Assembly (NCBI GenBank): GCA_016735395.1
Contig: JAERRO010000010.1
Location: forward strand, 138 to 64,137
DNA: 64,000 nucleotides
Direction of reading: 5' to 3'
Source: Alphaproteobacteria bacterium
GTDB taxonomy: Bacteria; Pseudomonadota; Alphaproteobacteria; Rs-D84; JAERRO01
Shown here piece by piece: positions 8,734 through 19,434 of the stretch. The translations under genes were made by a program, and so were the position numbers. Each line of letters opens with the position of its first letter. Within the stretch, counting starts at the first letter, position 1. The notes under the pieces were generated by a model. The model saw only the letters and a list, made by a program, of their open reading frames with translations. It made no database searches and was not told the origin of the DNA.

Positions 8734-9749
8734 AAATTATAGTTGGAAAAGATCCTATCACCGTAGGACAAAAAAGTATAGAAAACACCCTAAATTTGTT
8801 ATCTAACGATACAAAAATAAAACAAAAAATAACCGTTGCCGTATCAGGTGGAAGAGACAGTATGTGTCTGTTCTATTTATGTTCGACAATGCGAAATATA
8901 GATCTAGATGTTGTATCCGTTAATCATAATATTAGGAGAAAATCGGTTAAAGAAAATCGATTAGTAGAAAAATTTTCTAATGAATTAAATGTAAAATGTA
9001 TAACTAAATTTGTCGGAGAAAGACCTCCGAAAAATGGAGTAGAAGAGTGGGCAAGAATAAAACGATATGATATCTTGATCGAACATTGTAAAAAGAGAAA
9101 CTCCATTTTATTTTTAGGACACCATCTCGATGATCAAATTGAAACATTCTGGCTCAACCTAAAGAGAGGCTCTGGAGTTTTAGGTTTAGCAGGGATGAAG
9201 AAAATTAGTGAGAGAAATAACTGTAAAATAGTTCGTCCGCTTTTAGATATCTCTAGAAAAGATATCTCTACAATTGTAGCTAAACATAAAATAAAATTCA
9301 TAGACGATAGAATGAATTTTAACAGAAAATTTAGTAGAGTTAATATTAGACACAATAGAAATAAAGCTCAAAGATTATTAGGAATTACAGATGACCGATT
9401 AAAACTTTGTGTAGATAATCTCCGTCAAACCGCCGACTCGATTTCTTTCTTCGTGAATAGACTTTCTCTCGATTTTCCCCTTGACCTATATAAAAATAGT
9501 GTCTCTTTTCCAAATAAAATTTTATCGGAATTTCCTCAAGAAATCATTTTGCGATGGCTGGCATTTAATTTTCAGAGTCTGATAGGATCTGTCTACCCCC
9601 CTAAATTTGAAAAAATAAAAAGAGTTTATCTAGATATGATTTCTGCCACGAAGTCCGATTATTTTAGAAAACGAACTTTAGGACACTGTAGTATTCAACT
9701 TCATAAAAATATTTTTAAAATACAATACTTGAAAAATACTAAAGAATAG
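8730..9749 (+). CDS. tilS: tRNA(Ile)-lysidine synthetase
   Basis: PP-loop 'VAVSGGRDS' near the N-terminus. 339 aa. A 4-nt overlap with the upstream gene indicates operon coupling. Confidence 0.75.
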   Translation: MKIIVGKDPITVGQKSIENTLNLLSNDTKIKQKITVAVSGGRDSMCLFYLCSTMRNIDLDVVSVNHNIRRKSVKENRLVEKFSNELNVKCITKFVGERPPKNGVEEWARIKRYDILIEHCKKRNSILFLGHHLDDQIETFWLNLKRGSGVLGLAGMKKISERNNCKIVRPLLDISRKDISTIVAKHKIKFIDDRMNFNRKFSRVNIRHNRNKAQRLLGITDDRLKLCVDNLRQTADSISFFVNRLSLDFPLDLYKNSVSFPNKILSEFPQEIILRWLAFNFQSLIGSVYPPKFEKIKRVYLDMISATKSDYFRKRTLGHCSIQLHKNIFKIQYLKNTKE

Positions 9750-9763
9750 TTTTCTATAATATT

Positions 9764-11587
9764 ATGAAAATAAAACAATTATCTAAATCTATAATAAATC
9801 AGATTGCCGCGGGTGAAGTAATAGACAGACCCGCTTCTGTAGTAAAAGAACTGGTGGAAAATGCTATCGATGCAGGAAGTAGTTCTATAGATATAATATT
9901 TGAAGGCGGTGGTAAAAAGTTAATCGTAGTTAAAGATGACGGTTCAGGGATGTCATTAGAAGATCTAAAAATTTGTACATTAAAACATGCTACTTCTAAA
10001 TTAAGCGATGGAGCCGATGAGAAAAATATTCTGAACAAAATTAGAACTCTAGGTTTTCGTGGAGAAGCTTTAGCCTGTATAAATGAGATAGCAGATCTAA
10101 CTATAGAAACTGGACAGGCAAAAAAATCGTCAAAAACACCGTTATCTAATAGATATTTTAAAGATACTCTAACCGTAGCACCATATAGACAAGGTACTAT
10201 TATGAAGGTAGAGAACTTATTTTATAAAACTCCGGCCAGATTGAAATTTTTAAAAAGCGATACTATAGAAACTTCTCAAACGATAAATTTGATAAAGGCT
10301 TTAGCAATTTCTGCTCCGCATATATCTTTCTCTTGGCAAGGAGAAAAATTGACCGATGGTAATTTGTCTAGATCTCCAGATGACCTGATGAAGATAGCTT
10401 CAAGATTTTTGTTCTGGCAAACTAAAGATATGTTATCTATAAATCGTGAACTTAAAACGATGTCAATTCAAGGTATCATCTCAAAACCGCAACAACAACG
10501 AAATAACTCTAACGATATGTTCGTCTTTATAAATAATCGATTAGTAAAAGATAAACTTCTAGTCAACACAATAAGGGGTGCTTATATATCTTGGATAAAT
10601 ACTAGACATTTTCCCACAGTAATTTTGTTTATAAATTTACCTTTAGACGATATAGATGTTAATGTTCATCCGACCAAGAACGAAGTTAGATTTAGGTTTT
10701 TTAAAGAGATTCGACAATTTATAGTTTCTACGATCCACTCCGCCTTGACGATAGAGAATATTCCTAGAATATCTCGAGGAGATAAAGTTCCTATATTATC
10801 ATTTTCAAGTCAAAATAATGAAGAAAACACCGTAAATAATGTTCTTAATCGCGATATGAGAGATGATTATAATCTAGATAAATCTCCAGAAATATATAGT
10901 ATAAAAGATAAACCTAATAGTGATAGCGATAATTTTGAGCCGTCTCGAGAAGTACTATCCTCGACAGAAGACAACATAAATAAAAAATTGATTGAAGGAG
11001 AAAGAAGGTGGACCGTTGTCCATAATTTTTATAATAACTATTTAGTAGTACTCGCCGAAGAACTAATCATAGTCGATCAACATGCACTACATGAGAGAAT
11101 TTTATATCTAGAACTAAAAAAGGAATTCGAAGATCATTCTATAAAAAAGCAAAGTTTATTAAGTCCTATACTAATAGTAGAAAATGGAGATCTAATATTA
11201 GAATATAAAAAAGATCTGTCCGAAGTCGGAATAGATGTAGAATACAATAGCAAAGGGGCTATAATCTCTGCTGTTCCATTGCTCTTTAAAGATTTGAACT
11301 GGAATCAAATCATGCAAGAAGTAATAGTAGATATTTTGACTAACGGAGACTTTGACTCAAAAATTTCCGTTAACTGTACCGATCTTCTGTTGCACAATTT
11401 TTTAGCTACTAAAGGGTGCCACTCTGCTAGAAGACAAGGGGACGACACTTCTATCGTAGAAAGTCAAGAATTAGTCGATCAACTACAGTTTAATAGTCAA
11501 CTGCATACTTGTAATCACGGGCGACCTACTTTCGTAAAATTCGATAAAGTAGAATTTGAAAAAATATTTAAACGACTAGAATTTTAA
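9764..11587 (+). CDS. mutL: DNA mismatch repair protein MutL
   Basis: GHKL ATPase N-terminus ('INQIAAGEVIDRPASVVKELVENAIDAGS', 'DDGSGMS'). C-terminal dimerisation domain with 'DQHALHERILYE'-type motif. 607 aa. Confidence 0.85.
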   Translation: MKIKQLSKSIINQIAAGEVIDRPASVVKELVENAIDAGSSSIDIIFEGGGKKLIVVKDDGSGMSLEDLKICTLKHATSKLSDGADEKNILNKIRTLGFRGEALACINEIADLTIETGQAKKSSKTPLSNRYFKDTLTVAPYRQGTIMKVENLFYKTPARLKFLKSDTIETSQTINLIKALAISAPHISFSWQGEKLTDGNLSRSPDDLMKIASRFLFWQTKDMLSINRELKTMSIQGIISKPQQQRNNSNDMFVFINNRLVKDKLLVNTIRGAYISWINTRHFPTVILFINLPLDDIDVNVHPTKNEVRFRFFKEIRQFIVSTIHSALTIENIPRISRGDKVPILSFSSQNNEENTVNNVLNRDMRDDYNLDKSPEIYSIKDKPNSDSDNFEPSREVLSSTEDNINKKLIEGERRWTVVHNFYNNYLVVLAEELIIVDQHALHERILYLELKKEFEDHSIKKQSLLSPILIVENGDLILEYKKDLSEVGIDVEYNSKGAIISAVPLLFKDLNWNQIMQEVIVDILTNGDFDSKISVNCTDLLLHNFLATKGCHSARRQGDDTSIVESQELVDQLQFNSQLHTCNHGRPTFVKFDKVEFEKIFKRLEF

Positions 11588-11603
11588 TTAAAGGACTCCC
11601 CAT

Positions 11604-13355
11604 ATGACACTTATTTCAGTTTTAAAACAATCTTGGACACAACTGCCAAAAAAAAGTGATACAGTAAAAAGGTTAGCAATAGAACATAAAATATCAGACA
11701 TTTTAGCTCAACTATGTATTTTGAGGGAGCCAAAAAATGAGGGTTTTAGCCGTTATTTAGATCCTAAATTGGCAACTATGAGATCCCCGACTTTAATAAA
11801 AGATCTCGAAGTAGGTGTCGATATTTTTTTAGATCTAATCGCCAAAAATGAAACTATAGGTTTGTTAGGAGACTACGATGTCGATGGTGTAACTTCTACC
11901 GTCATAATGATTGAGTTCTTTAAAAAAATCAAATTTGAAAATTATATAGTGTTTATGCCTAATCGATTTAAAGATGGGTATGGGTTAACAAAAGATGCAG
12001 TAAAATTCTTTATAGATAAAAATGTATCCGCAGTTATTTCTATGGATTGCGGTTCCACTTTTATAGATGAAATTCAAATGCTCAAAGATAATAATATAAA
12101 AACTATAATTTTGGATCATCATACATGTCTAGATACTTTGCCTCAAGCCGATGCTATGATAAATCCTCAAAGAAAAGACGATGTATCTGGTTTGCAATTT
12201 TTGTCTGCCGTAGGAGTAGTCTTCTACTTTCTAGTTCATACTAATTCTATTTTAAAACGGAGAAACGAAGGCATCGATCTCGAGCCTCTGCTAGTATTCG
12301 TAGCTTTGGGAACACTCTGTGATGTAGTGCCTCTAATAGAAGAAAATAGAACTTTCGTTAAAAGAGGTTTGAAAATTATGGCGGGTAAACCTACTGTAGG
12401 ACTAAAAAAATTGTTGCTAAAATTAAATATATTTGGCAACTCTATCACAGCCTCCGATGTAATGATGAGAGTCGGCCCTAAAATAAATGCAACCGGAAGA
12501 ATGGACTCTGCGATGATAAGTGTAGAACTGTTAACCGAAAATAATGAGGGAAACGCAGAAGAACTAGTTGAGAAGATGTTCGCTCTTAACGAGAAAAGAG
12601 TTAGACTAGAATTCGATGTTATGGTAGACATAAAAGAACGAATAAAAACTGTTAAAGACGAAGACAAATTTATGTTTCTATATGATGAAAGTTGGCATAA
12701 AGGTCTAGTCGGTATTCTAGCTAGTAGAACCGTAGAACTGACGAAAAGACCGTCTTTTATAGGAATATCCGATGGAGAAATTATTCAAGGATCCGTAAGA
12801 TCTGTCGCCGGTATAGATGTCGCTAGTGTAATCAATGAACTGCGAGAAAATGGACTTTTAATCAGAGGCGGAGGACATAAAATGGCAGCAGGATTTTCTG
12901 TTAAAAAAAGTGATGAAAGAGATGTAATAAAAATAATTCGTCAAGAAATCGATAGGCAATTGTCTACATCTAAAATCGAAGAAATGAACTTTTTCGACAT
13001 CTCGATCCAAGCAGATGAACTTATGCAAATTTCTAAAGAACTAGAATTATTAGAACCGTGCGGAACAAAAAATCTTCAACCTATTTTTCATATTACTAAC
13101 ATAAGACTTCATAGTTCTACACTAATTTCAAATAAATTTTTAAAGGCCGTTTTTAAAACTGATAGCGGAAAAACTTTCGAAGCACTATATTTTAGAAACG
13201 ATAATTCTAACATCATAAAGACTTGTATAGCTCAAGAAAATTTTGGTAGTTCCATAGATATTATAGGCTCCTGGGTCCCTAACTCTTTTAGAGGAAAAAC
13301 AGTCTATCAATCTATAATCCATGACATTGTCTGGTCTAATCAATCTAAAGCTTAA
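11604..13355 (+). CDS. recJ: Single-stranded-DNA-specific exonuclease RecJ
   Basis: DHH motifs ('GDYDVDGVTS', 'ILDHH') and DHHA1 'GGGHKMAAGF'. 583 aa. Confidence 0.85.
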   Translation: MTLISVLKQSWTQLPKKSDTVKRLAIEHKISDILAQLCILREPKNEGFSRYLDPKLATMRSPTLIKDLEVGVDIFLDLIAKNETIGLLGDYDVDGVTSTVIMIEFFKKIKFENYIVFMPNRFKDGYGLTKDAVKFFIDKNVSAVISMDCGSTFIDEIQMLKDNNIKTIILDHHTCLDTLPQADAMINPQRKDDVSGLQFLSAVGVVFYFLVHTNSILKRRNEGIDLEPLLVFVALGTLCDVVPLIEENRTFVKRGLKIMAGKPTVGLKKLLLKLNIFGNSITASDVMMRVGPKINATGRMDSAMISVELLTENNEGNAEELVEKMFALNEKRVRLEFDVMVDIKERIKTVKDEDKFMFLYDESWHKGLVGILASRTVELTKRPSFIGISDGEIIQGSVRSVAGIDVASVINELRENGLLIRGGGHKMAAGFSVKKSDERDVIKIIRQEIDRQLSTSKIEEMNFFDISIQADELMQISKELELLEPCGTKNLQPIFHITNIRLHSSTLISNKFLKAVFKTDSGKTFEALYFRNDNSNIIKTCIAQENFGSSIDIIGSWVPNSFRGKTVYQSIIHDIVWSNQSKA

Positions 13356-13357
13356 TT

Positions 13358-14002
13358 ATGGAATGTCGTAAACTCTTTTATGGAAGAAAAATCGGAAGAA
13401 AATTGTCCTCCGCCAAAGTGAAAATTCTAGATAACGGATTAAAAAATAATACTATAAAATCTATTAAAAATTGGGATAAGGCAGTTCTAGAAATCGGAGG
13501 TGGAGACGGAGAATTTATATCATTCAGTGCCGAGAATAGACCTCATATATCACACCTAGAAGTTGAACCGTTCATAAATGGTGCTGTAAAAGTCTTTGAA
13601 AATATTCAGAAGAAAGGACTTCAAAATCTCGCCTGTGAAAATGATATTTTTCAAAATGTACAAGAAAAGTTACCGACAGTTTTTAAAGAAATCTATATTT
13701 TGTATCCAGATCCGTGGCATAAAAAAAGACATAACAAAAGACGATGGATTAACGGTGTTTTGCTACTCTTTTTGTCCTCTAGATTAGTTTCAGGCGGTAA
13801 AATTATCATCAGAACCGATCATCCTTCTTTAGTCAAATTTTTCGAGACAGAACTAAAAAAAGTAAATTTGAGTTTCGTTAGAGGTGAAGACCATTTGCCT
13901 AATATATTGAAAGATTTTTTAAAAATATATAATACTAAATATGGACGGAAGAATATGTCTAGTTCTAAAAAAGATTTTTCCTTCGTAATTTATAAAGACT
14001 AG
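13358..14002 (+). CDS. trmB: tRNA (guanine-N7)-methyltransferase
   Basis: 'LEIGGGDGEF' AdoMet motif and 'ILYPDPWHKKRHNKRR' TrmB signature. Confidence 0.8.
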   Translation: MECRKLFYGRKIGRKLSSAKVKILDNGLKNNTIKSIKNWDKAVLEIGGGDGEFISFSAENRPHISHLEVEPFINGAVKVFENIQKKGLQNLACENDIFQNVQEKLPTVFKEIYILYPDPWHKKRHNKRRWINGVLLLFLSSRLVSGGKIIIRTDHPSLVKFFETELKKVNLSFVRGEDHLPNILKDFLKIYNTKYGRKNMSSSKKDFSFVIYKD

Positions 14003-14298
14003 ATCTCTATAATTTTCTCTTAAAACATAACGGGGAAGACTTGTAAAATTAAAACCTATTTGGCAATAAAAAAAGATAGTAAACAAATAAATCTGCTTAC
14101 TATCTACTGTAGTATAGGTTGAGCTTGTGTGAATGTCAAATGTTTTTTATCTTTATTATGATGTATTATAATGACTAGTTTTGTACTATCTGTTCTTTAT
14201 TTTTTTATATAATATTATCGTAATTTAGAAATATATCTAATTTATTTGTTGATATTATGTTTCAAAACTTCTAGCATTAGTAAAACTAAAGGACTTTT

Positions 14299-14772
14299 AT
14301 GACATTTTCTAACATAGATATTAAAAGTGGAGAATCCTTCGATATGGTCTCCCTTAATCAAAACTTGACTACCTCCGTAGAAAGTGATGGCACCACCGCA
14401 AATTCTGCAAATTCCGTCACAGAACCTAGTAGCTCCATCGGTATAGCATATTTAATATTTCTAGGAGCCATAGTCTACTTTATGATGATTAGACCTGCCA
14501 AAAAGAAAAATCAAAAGTTTAAAACTTTAATGGATACTATTAAAAAAGGTGATAAAATTATTCTCGCAGGTGGTATAGAAGCGACATTTGAAAAGTTCGA
14601 CTGTGATCTCTATGCCTTCGTCAATATAGCTAAAGCTACAAGTATTAGAATCTTGAGAACAGGTATTCTAGGAAAACAAGACACTCTTATAAAAGAACAA
14701 GTTTGTCCATTGAATCAGGCGAAGAAAAAAACCGTCGCAAAGAAGACTACTAAAGAAAATTCAAAGAAATAA
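14299..14772 (+). CDS. yajC: Preprotein translocase subunit YajC (with N-terminal extension or upstream start)
   Basis: Single TM 'IAYLIFLGAIVYFMMIRPAKKK' followed by the YajC core 'TLMDTIKKGDKIILAGGIEATF'. It sits directly upstream of secD-secF. Confidence 0.7.
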   Translation: MTFSNIDIKSGESFDMVSLNQNLTTSVESDGTTANSANSVTEPSSSIGIAYLIFLGAIVYFMMIRPAKKKNQKFKTLMDTIKKGDKIILAGGIEATFEKFDCDLYAFVNIAKATSIRILRTGILGKQDTLIKEQVCPLNQAKKKTVAKKTTKENSKK

Positions 14773-14800
14773 GTTCGTAAATAATATAGGATAGAATAAT

Positions 14801-16366
14801 ATGAGATTCTGGTTGAAAATTAGTTTTGTTTTAATACTACTACTGTTTGTTTTAATCACGGCTATAAGTTCCTTCTTGCCCGATAGTATTAAGAAGTTTG
14901 CTCCAGTAAAAACTGAAATAGCTCTAGGTTTAGATCTTAAAGGTGGGTCGCAAATAGTTCTAGAAATGGATCAGCGACAACTTCTTGACGATAGACTTGA
15001 ACAAATTAAAGATAGTATCAAGGCCTCTATGCGAGACAGAAAGTTAGGTCTAGTTAGGTACACTAATGTTAAAACAGATGAGTCAACCATTACGATATCC
15101 GCTAGAAATAAAGACGGTATAGAGTCTATTAAAGACAGAATAAACTCTCAACAGATACTAGAATTTAAAGGGTGGGACATCGATATAGACGGGCTAGACA
15201 TAACCTACACTATTAAAGATGAGACAATTAAAAAACTTACTTACGATGCCCTCGTCAGAACTCAAGATATCGTGCGGAGGAGAATAGACTCTCTAGGTAA
15301 TAAAGAAGTCGCAATCTATCAACAAGGTCGAAAATATATCGTAGTAGAACTTCCCGGAGTAGAGGATCCTAAACAGATAAAAGATCTAATAGGAAAAACT
15401 GCCAAGTTGACTTTCCATCTCGTTGTAGATAAAGAAACATCTAATCCGAAAGAAGTCATAGAACTCCCAATTCAAAATTTTCCAGATCAGACAATAACCG
15501 TGGAAAAAAAGTTCAGTATGGACGGAGGTTCTCTAAATAATGCTTTTATGGGGTTCGATGCTAGGACTAATATGCCAAACATTGTTATGGAATTTACATC
15601 AGAAGGTATGAGACTGTTTGGAGACCTTACTGAAGAAAATGTAGGAGAATTATTCGCTATCGTTATGGACGGAGAAGTACTTTCTTATCCTAGAATTTCC
15701 GAAGCAATTTACTCTAAACAGGCTAATATAACCGGAAGATTTTCAGAGAAGGAGGCACAAGATCTAGCCCTGTTGTTAAAATCTGGAGCCTTGCCAACTT
15801 CTCTAGATGTCGTAGAAGAGAATACTATCGGTGCAGGGCTTGGAGCTAAATCTATCAATAGAGGTATCATAAGTATTCTTGTAGGATTTACTTTAGTCAT
15901 ATTACTAATAGCACTAATGTATAGAAGAATTTGTTGGGTCGTTATAGTATCTCTGACTTTTAATATTTCTATGATACTTATACTATTATCTATAGCAGGT
16001 GCCACTCTAACACTATCTGGTATCGCAGGAATAATTCTGACTTTAGGTATGGCCGTCGATGCTAATATTCTTTCCTTCGAAATGATTAGAGATAAATTAA
16101 GATCGGGTATGCACCCTATTCAGGCTTCTTCAGAAGGGTTCAAAAGAGCATGGCAGACTATTTTAGATGCTAACATAACTACGATAATTCCAGCTTTAAT
16201 ATTATTTCAATTCGGAAGCGGAGCCGTTAAAGGTTTTGCAATGACACTTATTTTGGGTATCTTAACAACACTGTTTTCTAATGTGTTTATCTCTAAAAGG
16301 CTATTTATGATGTGGGTTAATAATTTAAAACTCTATCATAATTCTAGCGAAATACCTCTAAAGTAA
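14801..16366 (+). CDS. secD: Protein translocase subunit SecD
   Basis: Large periplasmic domain followed by six TM segments ('ILTLGMAVDANILSFE'). 521 aa. Conserved yajC-secD-secF order. Confidence 0.85.
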   Translation: MRFWLKISFVLILLLFVLITAISSFLPDSIKKFAPVKTEIALGLDLKGGSQIVLEMDQRQLLDDRLEQIKDSIKASMRDRKLGLVRYTNVKTDESTITISARNKDGIESIKDRINSQQILEFKGWDIDIDGLDITYTIKDETIKKLTYDALVRTQDIVRRRIDSLGNKEVAIYQQGRKYIVVELPGVEDPKQIKDLIGKTAKLTFHLVVDKETSNPKEVIELPIQNFPDQTITVEKKFSMDGGSLNNAFMGFDARTNMPNIVMEFTSEGMRLFGDLTEENVGELFAIVMDGEVLSYPRISEAIYSKQANITGRFSEKEAQDLALLLKSGALPTSLDVVEENTIGAGLGAKSINRGIISILVGFTLVILLIALMYRRICWVVIVSLTFNISMILILLSIAGATLTLSGIAGIILTLGMAVDANILSFEMIRDKLRSGMHPIQASSEGFKRAWQTILDANITTIIPALILFQFGSGAVKGFAMTLILGILTTLFSNVFISKRLFMMWVNNLKLYHNSSEIPLK

Positions 16367-16378
16367 TAAGGATATCTT

Positions 16379-17221
16379 ATGTTTAATGTTATGAAATGGC
16401 GGAAAGTCGCATCCTTTATCTCGGTCATTTTAATCTCTGTTTCTATTTTTTTAATCTATACTAAAGGTATCAATGTAGGACTAGATTTTACAGGTGGAGT
16501 GCAGATGAATGTCTCTATGAAAGATAGCAACACAACAATAGAAGATATACAAAATATAATCGATGAAGAAAATATAGAGATCCAAAAGTCAACAACTCCA
16601 GGAGACTTTAGAATTACCGTCGGAGTCATAGAAAATCCTATGCAACAATCGGACAATATTAAAGAAAAAATTGGTCATTATGTAGAGTCCTTTAATTCCG
16701 TTCAAGTCGTCGGCCCAAAGTTCGGACAAGAATTGGTTCAAAAATCTGTCTATGCTTTAATTCTATCTCTCATAGTAATCACAATATATGTATCATTTAG
16801 ATTTAGTATTCCTTTCGCTCTAGGTGCAATTTTTTCCATTTTACACGATGTGATTTTACTTATAGGTTTCTTTGTAGTTACACAATTTTCTTTTACAATG
16901 GTATCAGTAGCACTATTCTTGATGTTGCTAGGTTATTCTATTAACGATACCATAGTCAATTACGATAGAATTCGTGAAAATTTATCTAAAGTTTCTAATA
17001 CTCTGCTTTCCGATACTATCAATCAAAGTGTAAATCAAATGATGAGAAGGACTATCTATACTTCTATTACCGTCATAGCATCAGTCCTGCCTATGGCAAT
17101 TTGGGGAACCTCGGTCTTACAAGAATTTGGAATGATTATTATGTTCGGTATTTTTATCGGTGTGTATTCCTCTATCTTTGTGGCCAACGCAATTTTAATA
17201 CCTCTAAAAGCAAATAGATAA
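16379..17221 (+). CDS. secF: Protein translocase subunit SecF
   Basis: 'GLDFTGG' N-terminal motif and six-TM SecF topology. 280 aa. Confidence 0.85.
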   Translation: MFNVMKWRKVASFISVILISVSIFLIYTKGINVGLDFTGGVQMNVSMKDSNTTIEDIQNIIDEENIEIQKSTTPGDFRITVGVIENPMQQSDNIKEKIGHYVESFNSVQVVGPKFGQELVQKSVYALILSLIVITIYVSFRFSIPFALGAIFSILHDVILLIGFFVVTQFSFTMVSVALFLMLLGYSINDTIVNYDRIRENLSKVSNTLLSDTINQSVNQMMRRTIYTSITVIASVLPMAIWGTSVLQEFGMIIMFGIFIGVYSSIFVANAILIPLKANR

Positions 17222-18756
17222 TGACTAAAAGGTTATACTTCTTACTCTTGTTTTGTACGACCATCATAGTCAATACACTAACTTTTGCGAAAGGTATCTC
17301 CATCAGACCCATTACAGAGGAAGATAAAAATCAGTTTTATAATAAAATCGTCGTCGACCCTAGATCAGAAATTGTCCAGTTTTTAAAATTCTATGTCGAG
17401 AATTCAGACGAAGATAAACCTCTGGAAATTCTACACTCAAACTTTATGAAACAGATTTCTCTGCAATTTAGTGGAAAGTTTAAGATCGTCGAAACAGAAT
17501 TTCAACACAAGTTTTTAGAAAATTCTACCTTTACAGCTACCATTAAAAAGGTAGAGTTTAAAGATCTAAATAACCTCGATAAATGGTCTGCATGGTATGA
17601 ACAATTTTTATCAGTTTTGACTAGCGAAAAAATGCTAGGAGAGATGTCCGAAATTCAAGAAAATTTTATACTCTTCAATCTGCTTACAACCGCAATCAAC
17701 GGAAAATCGTTTCCTCCTTCTTGGACGGAAAGCAGAAAATATACGAAAACACCGTCTATGTCCGTCGGTATCACATATAAACGGTTAGACGATAAATTAA
17801 AAGTTATGTCCGTCCTTTTAAATTCTCCGGCTTTCCTTTCAGGGATGCAACAAGAAGATATCATCGTTAAAATCAATAATAGAGATATAAAAGAACTTTC
17901 TAACGAACAGATAGATGCACTTTTTCTAGGGACGACCGACGGGTTCGTAAAACTGAAAGTTAAAAAATGGGGAATGGCTAATTTTCATACTAAAATTTTA
18001 CGGAGAACTTCTCTTAAAACTTCTCCTGTCGATGTCGTTATAGATCAGAAGACACTGTTCCTAATTATTCATAACTTCGATAACAGAACTCCAGAATGGA
18101 TCGCTAGTATTTTTAAAAATGAACTCACAGAAGATATAGAAAATATAGTTATAGATTTGAGGGGAACTATAGGAAACGAAATTAGTATGCTAAAAAGTAT
18201 GAATCTGCTTTTGCCGAAGATGAATGCCGGATATATTCAATATAAAACAGTTAAAAAGAAGTTTTCTCTCTCGGGAGAATCTCTAGTAGGACAGAGAAAA
18301 GTTATCGGAGTCGTCGATAATAATACTGAAGGTATAGCAAAATGGGCCGGACGGCTTATTCAATCTAAAGGGTTCCTCGTAGGGACGACAGTAGATACTT
18401 CTGGACAAATATTTAAAAGTCTAGAATTAACAGACGGAACTACCGTGACTATTCCAATAGGAGAAATTTTTGACTTTAACAACAACTCTCTTAAAAATAA
18501 CCATATTTTTCCTATAATTTGTCTGCGGACCATTGAGGGATATACCGATCTTAATGTAATGCTACAAAATATAAAAAATAATACTTTTGTCTTTCCAGAC
18601 AGTAAATTAGAATCCGATAAACTGAAAAATGCCTGTGGAAATTTAGCCTTGAACGACGAAAGAACTCACTTCTATAGAAATGTTATTATACAACTTTTTA
18701 AGCCGGAGGTGTTTAATGAAATTAAAAGTCAGCAAAAAAATATTCTTAACTTTTAG
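17221..18756 (+). CDS. Periplasmic PDZ-domain protein related to carboxy-terminal processing proteases (S41), apparently lacking the catalytic Ser/Lys
   Basis: Signal peptide. PDZ-like 'GITYKRLDDKLKVMSVLLNSPAFLSGMQQEDIIVKINN'. S41-like 'VIDLRGTIGNE'. The region aligning to the Ctp 'VDRFSASASEIFA...TFGKG' reads 'VDNNTEGIAKWAG...DTSGQ'. Confidence 0.5.
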   Translation: MTKRLYFLLLFCTTIIVNTLTFAKGISIRPITEEDKNQFYNKIVVDPRSEIVQFLKFYVENSDEDKPLEILHSNFMKQISLQFSGKFKIVETEFQHKFLENSTFTATIKKVEFKDLNNLDKWSAWYEQFLSVLTSEKMLGEMSEIQENFILFNLLTTAINGKSFPPSWTESRKYTKTPSMSVGITYKRLDDKLKVMSVLLNSPAFLSGMQQEDIIVKINNRDIKELSNEQIDALFLGTTDGFVKLKVKKWGMANFHTKILRRTSLKTSPVDVVIDQKTLFLIIHNFDNRTPEWIASIFKNELTEDIENIVIDLRGTIGNEISMLKSMNLLLPKMNAGYIQYKTVKKKFSLSGESLVGQRKVIGVVDNNTEGIAKWAGRLIQSKGFLVGTTVDTSGQIFKSLELTDGTTVTIPIGEIFDFNNNSLKNNHIFPIICLRTIEGYTDLNVMLQNIKNNTFVFPDSKLESDKLKNACGNLALNDERTHFYRNVIIQLFKPEVFNEIKSQQKNILNF

Positions 18757-19384
18757 TTTTTCTTTAGTAGCAATATCCGTTTTAATATCTGTACTCTTTT
18801 TCGATCAATCAATAGCATTTTTAATTCACAATTATAATAGCCATTTTATTTATAATATCGCAAATTTTGTCGGTGTAATTACAGATAAAATAGTAGTTCT
18901 TACCGCCCTCATTCCTCTGTTAATATTCTCAATTTTTAGGAAGAAAAATATACAAAAGTTCGCATTTTTAACTATCGGTTTTTCCATCTTGATGACTGCG
19001 ACTTTGCTTTTAAAAATGTTTCTAGGTAGAAGTAGACCTCAACTTTTAATAGAAGAAAATATAAATTCTATAACTTTTTTTAGTCTAGATAATCTATACT
19101 GGGGATTGCCGTCAGGACACACTTTAACCGCTTTATTTTTGGCTATTTCTATTCAATCGCTTTGGAATTTGTCTAAACTCTCTAAAGTTTTAATGTGGGG
19201 TATCACCTCTGTAGTATGTCTCTCTAGAATTTTTACAGCACAGCATTTTTTAAGCGACATAATTATTACAGCCGTTTTTACGGTTGTTTTAACCGTTTTT
19301 TTGCTAAAATTATATAAATTTACTGTAGAAAATAAAATCGTCAATAAATTTTTACATAAAATATCTATTAAAAATAAAATTTAG
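18716..19384 (+). CDS. PAP2-family phosphatase (phosphatidylglycerophosphatase B / undecaprenyl-diphosphatase-like) membrane protein
   Basis: PAP2 motifs 'KMFLGRSRP', 'PSGHT', 'SRIFTAQHFLSD'. The start was moved to the ATG at 18716, preceded by 'gaggtg'. The tracked ORF start at 18680 overlaps the upstream gene. Confidence 0.7.
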   Translation: MKLKVSKKIFLTFSFSLVAISVLISVLFFDQSIAFLIHNYNSHFIYNIANFVGVITDKIVVLTALIPLLIFSIFRKKNIQKFAFLTIGFSILMTATLLLKMFLGRSRPQLLIEENINSITFFSLDNLYWGLPSGHTLTALFLAISIQSLWNLSKLSKVLMWGITSVVCLSRIFTAQHFLSDIIITAVFTVVLTVFLLKLYKFTVENKIVNKFLHKISIKNKI

Positions 19385-19434
19385 ACTAGACTTTCTGTTT
19401 GTTTTCTATACAATACATTATCACTCAACTTTAT

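Noticed and set aside
12236-12667. 143-aa antisense ORF within recJ
   Set aside because: It lies inside a strongly supported RecJ coding region and has a low-complexity Ser-rich translation.
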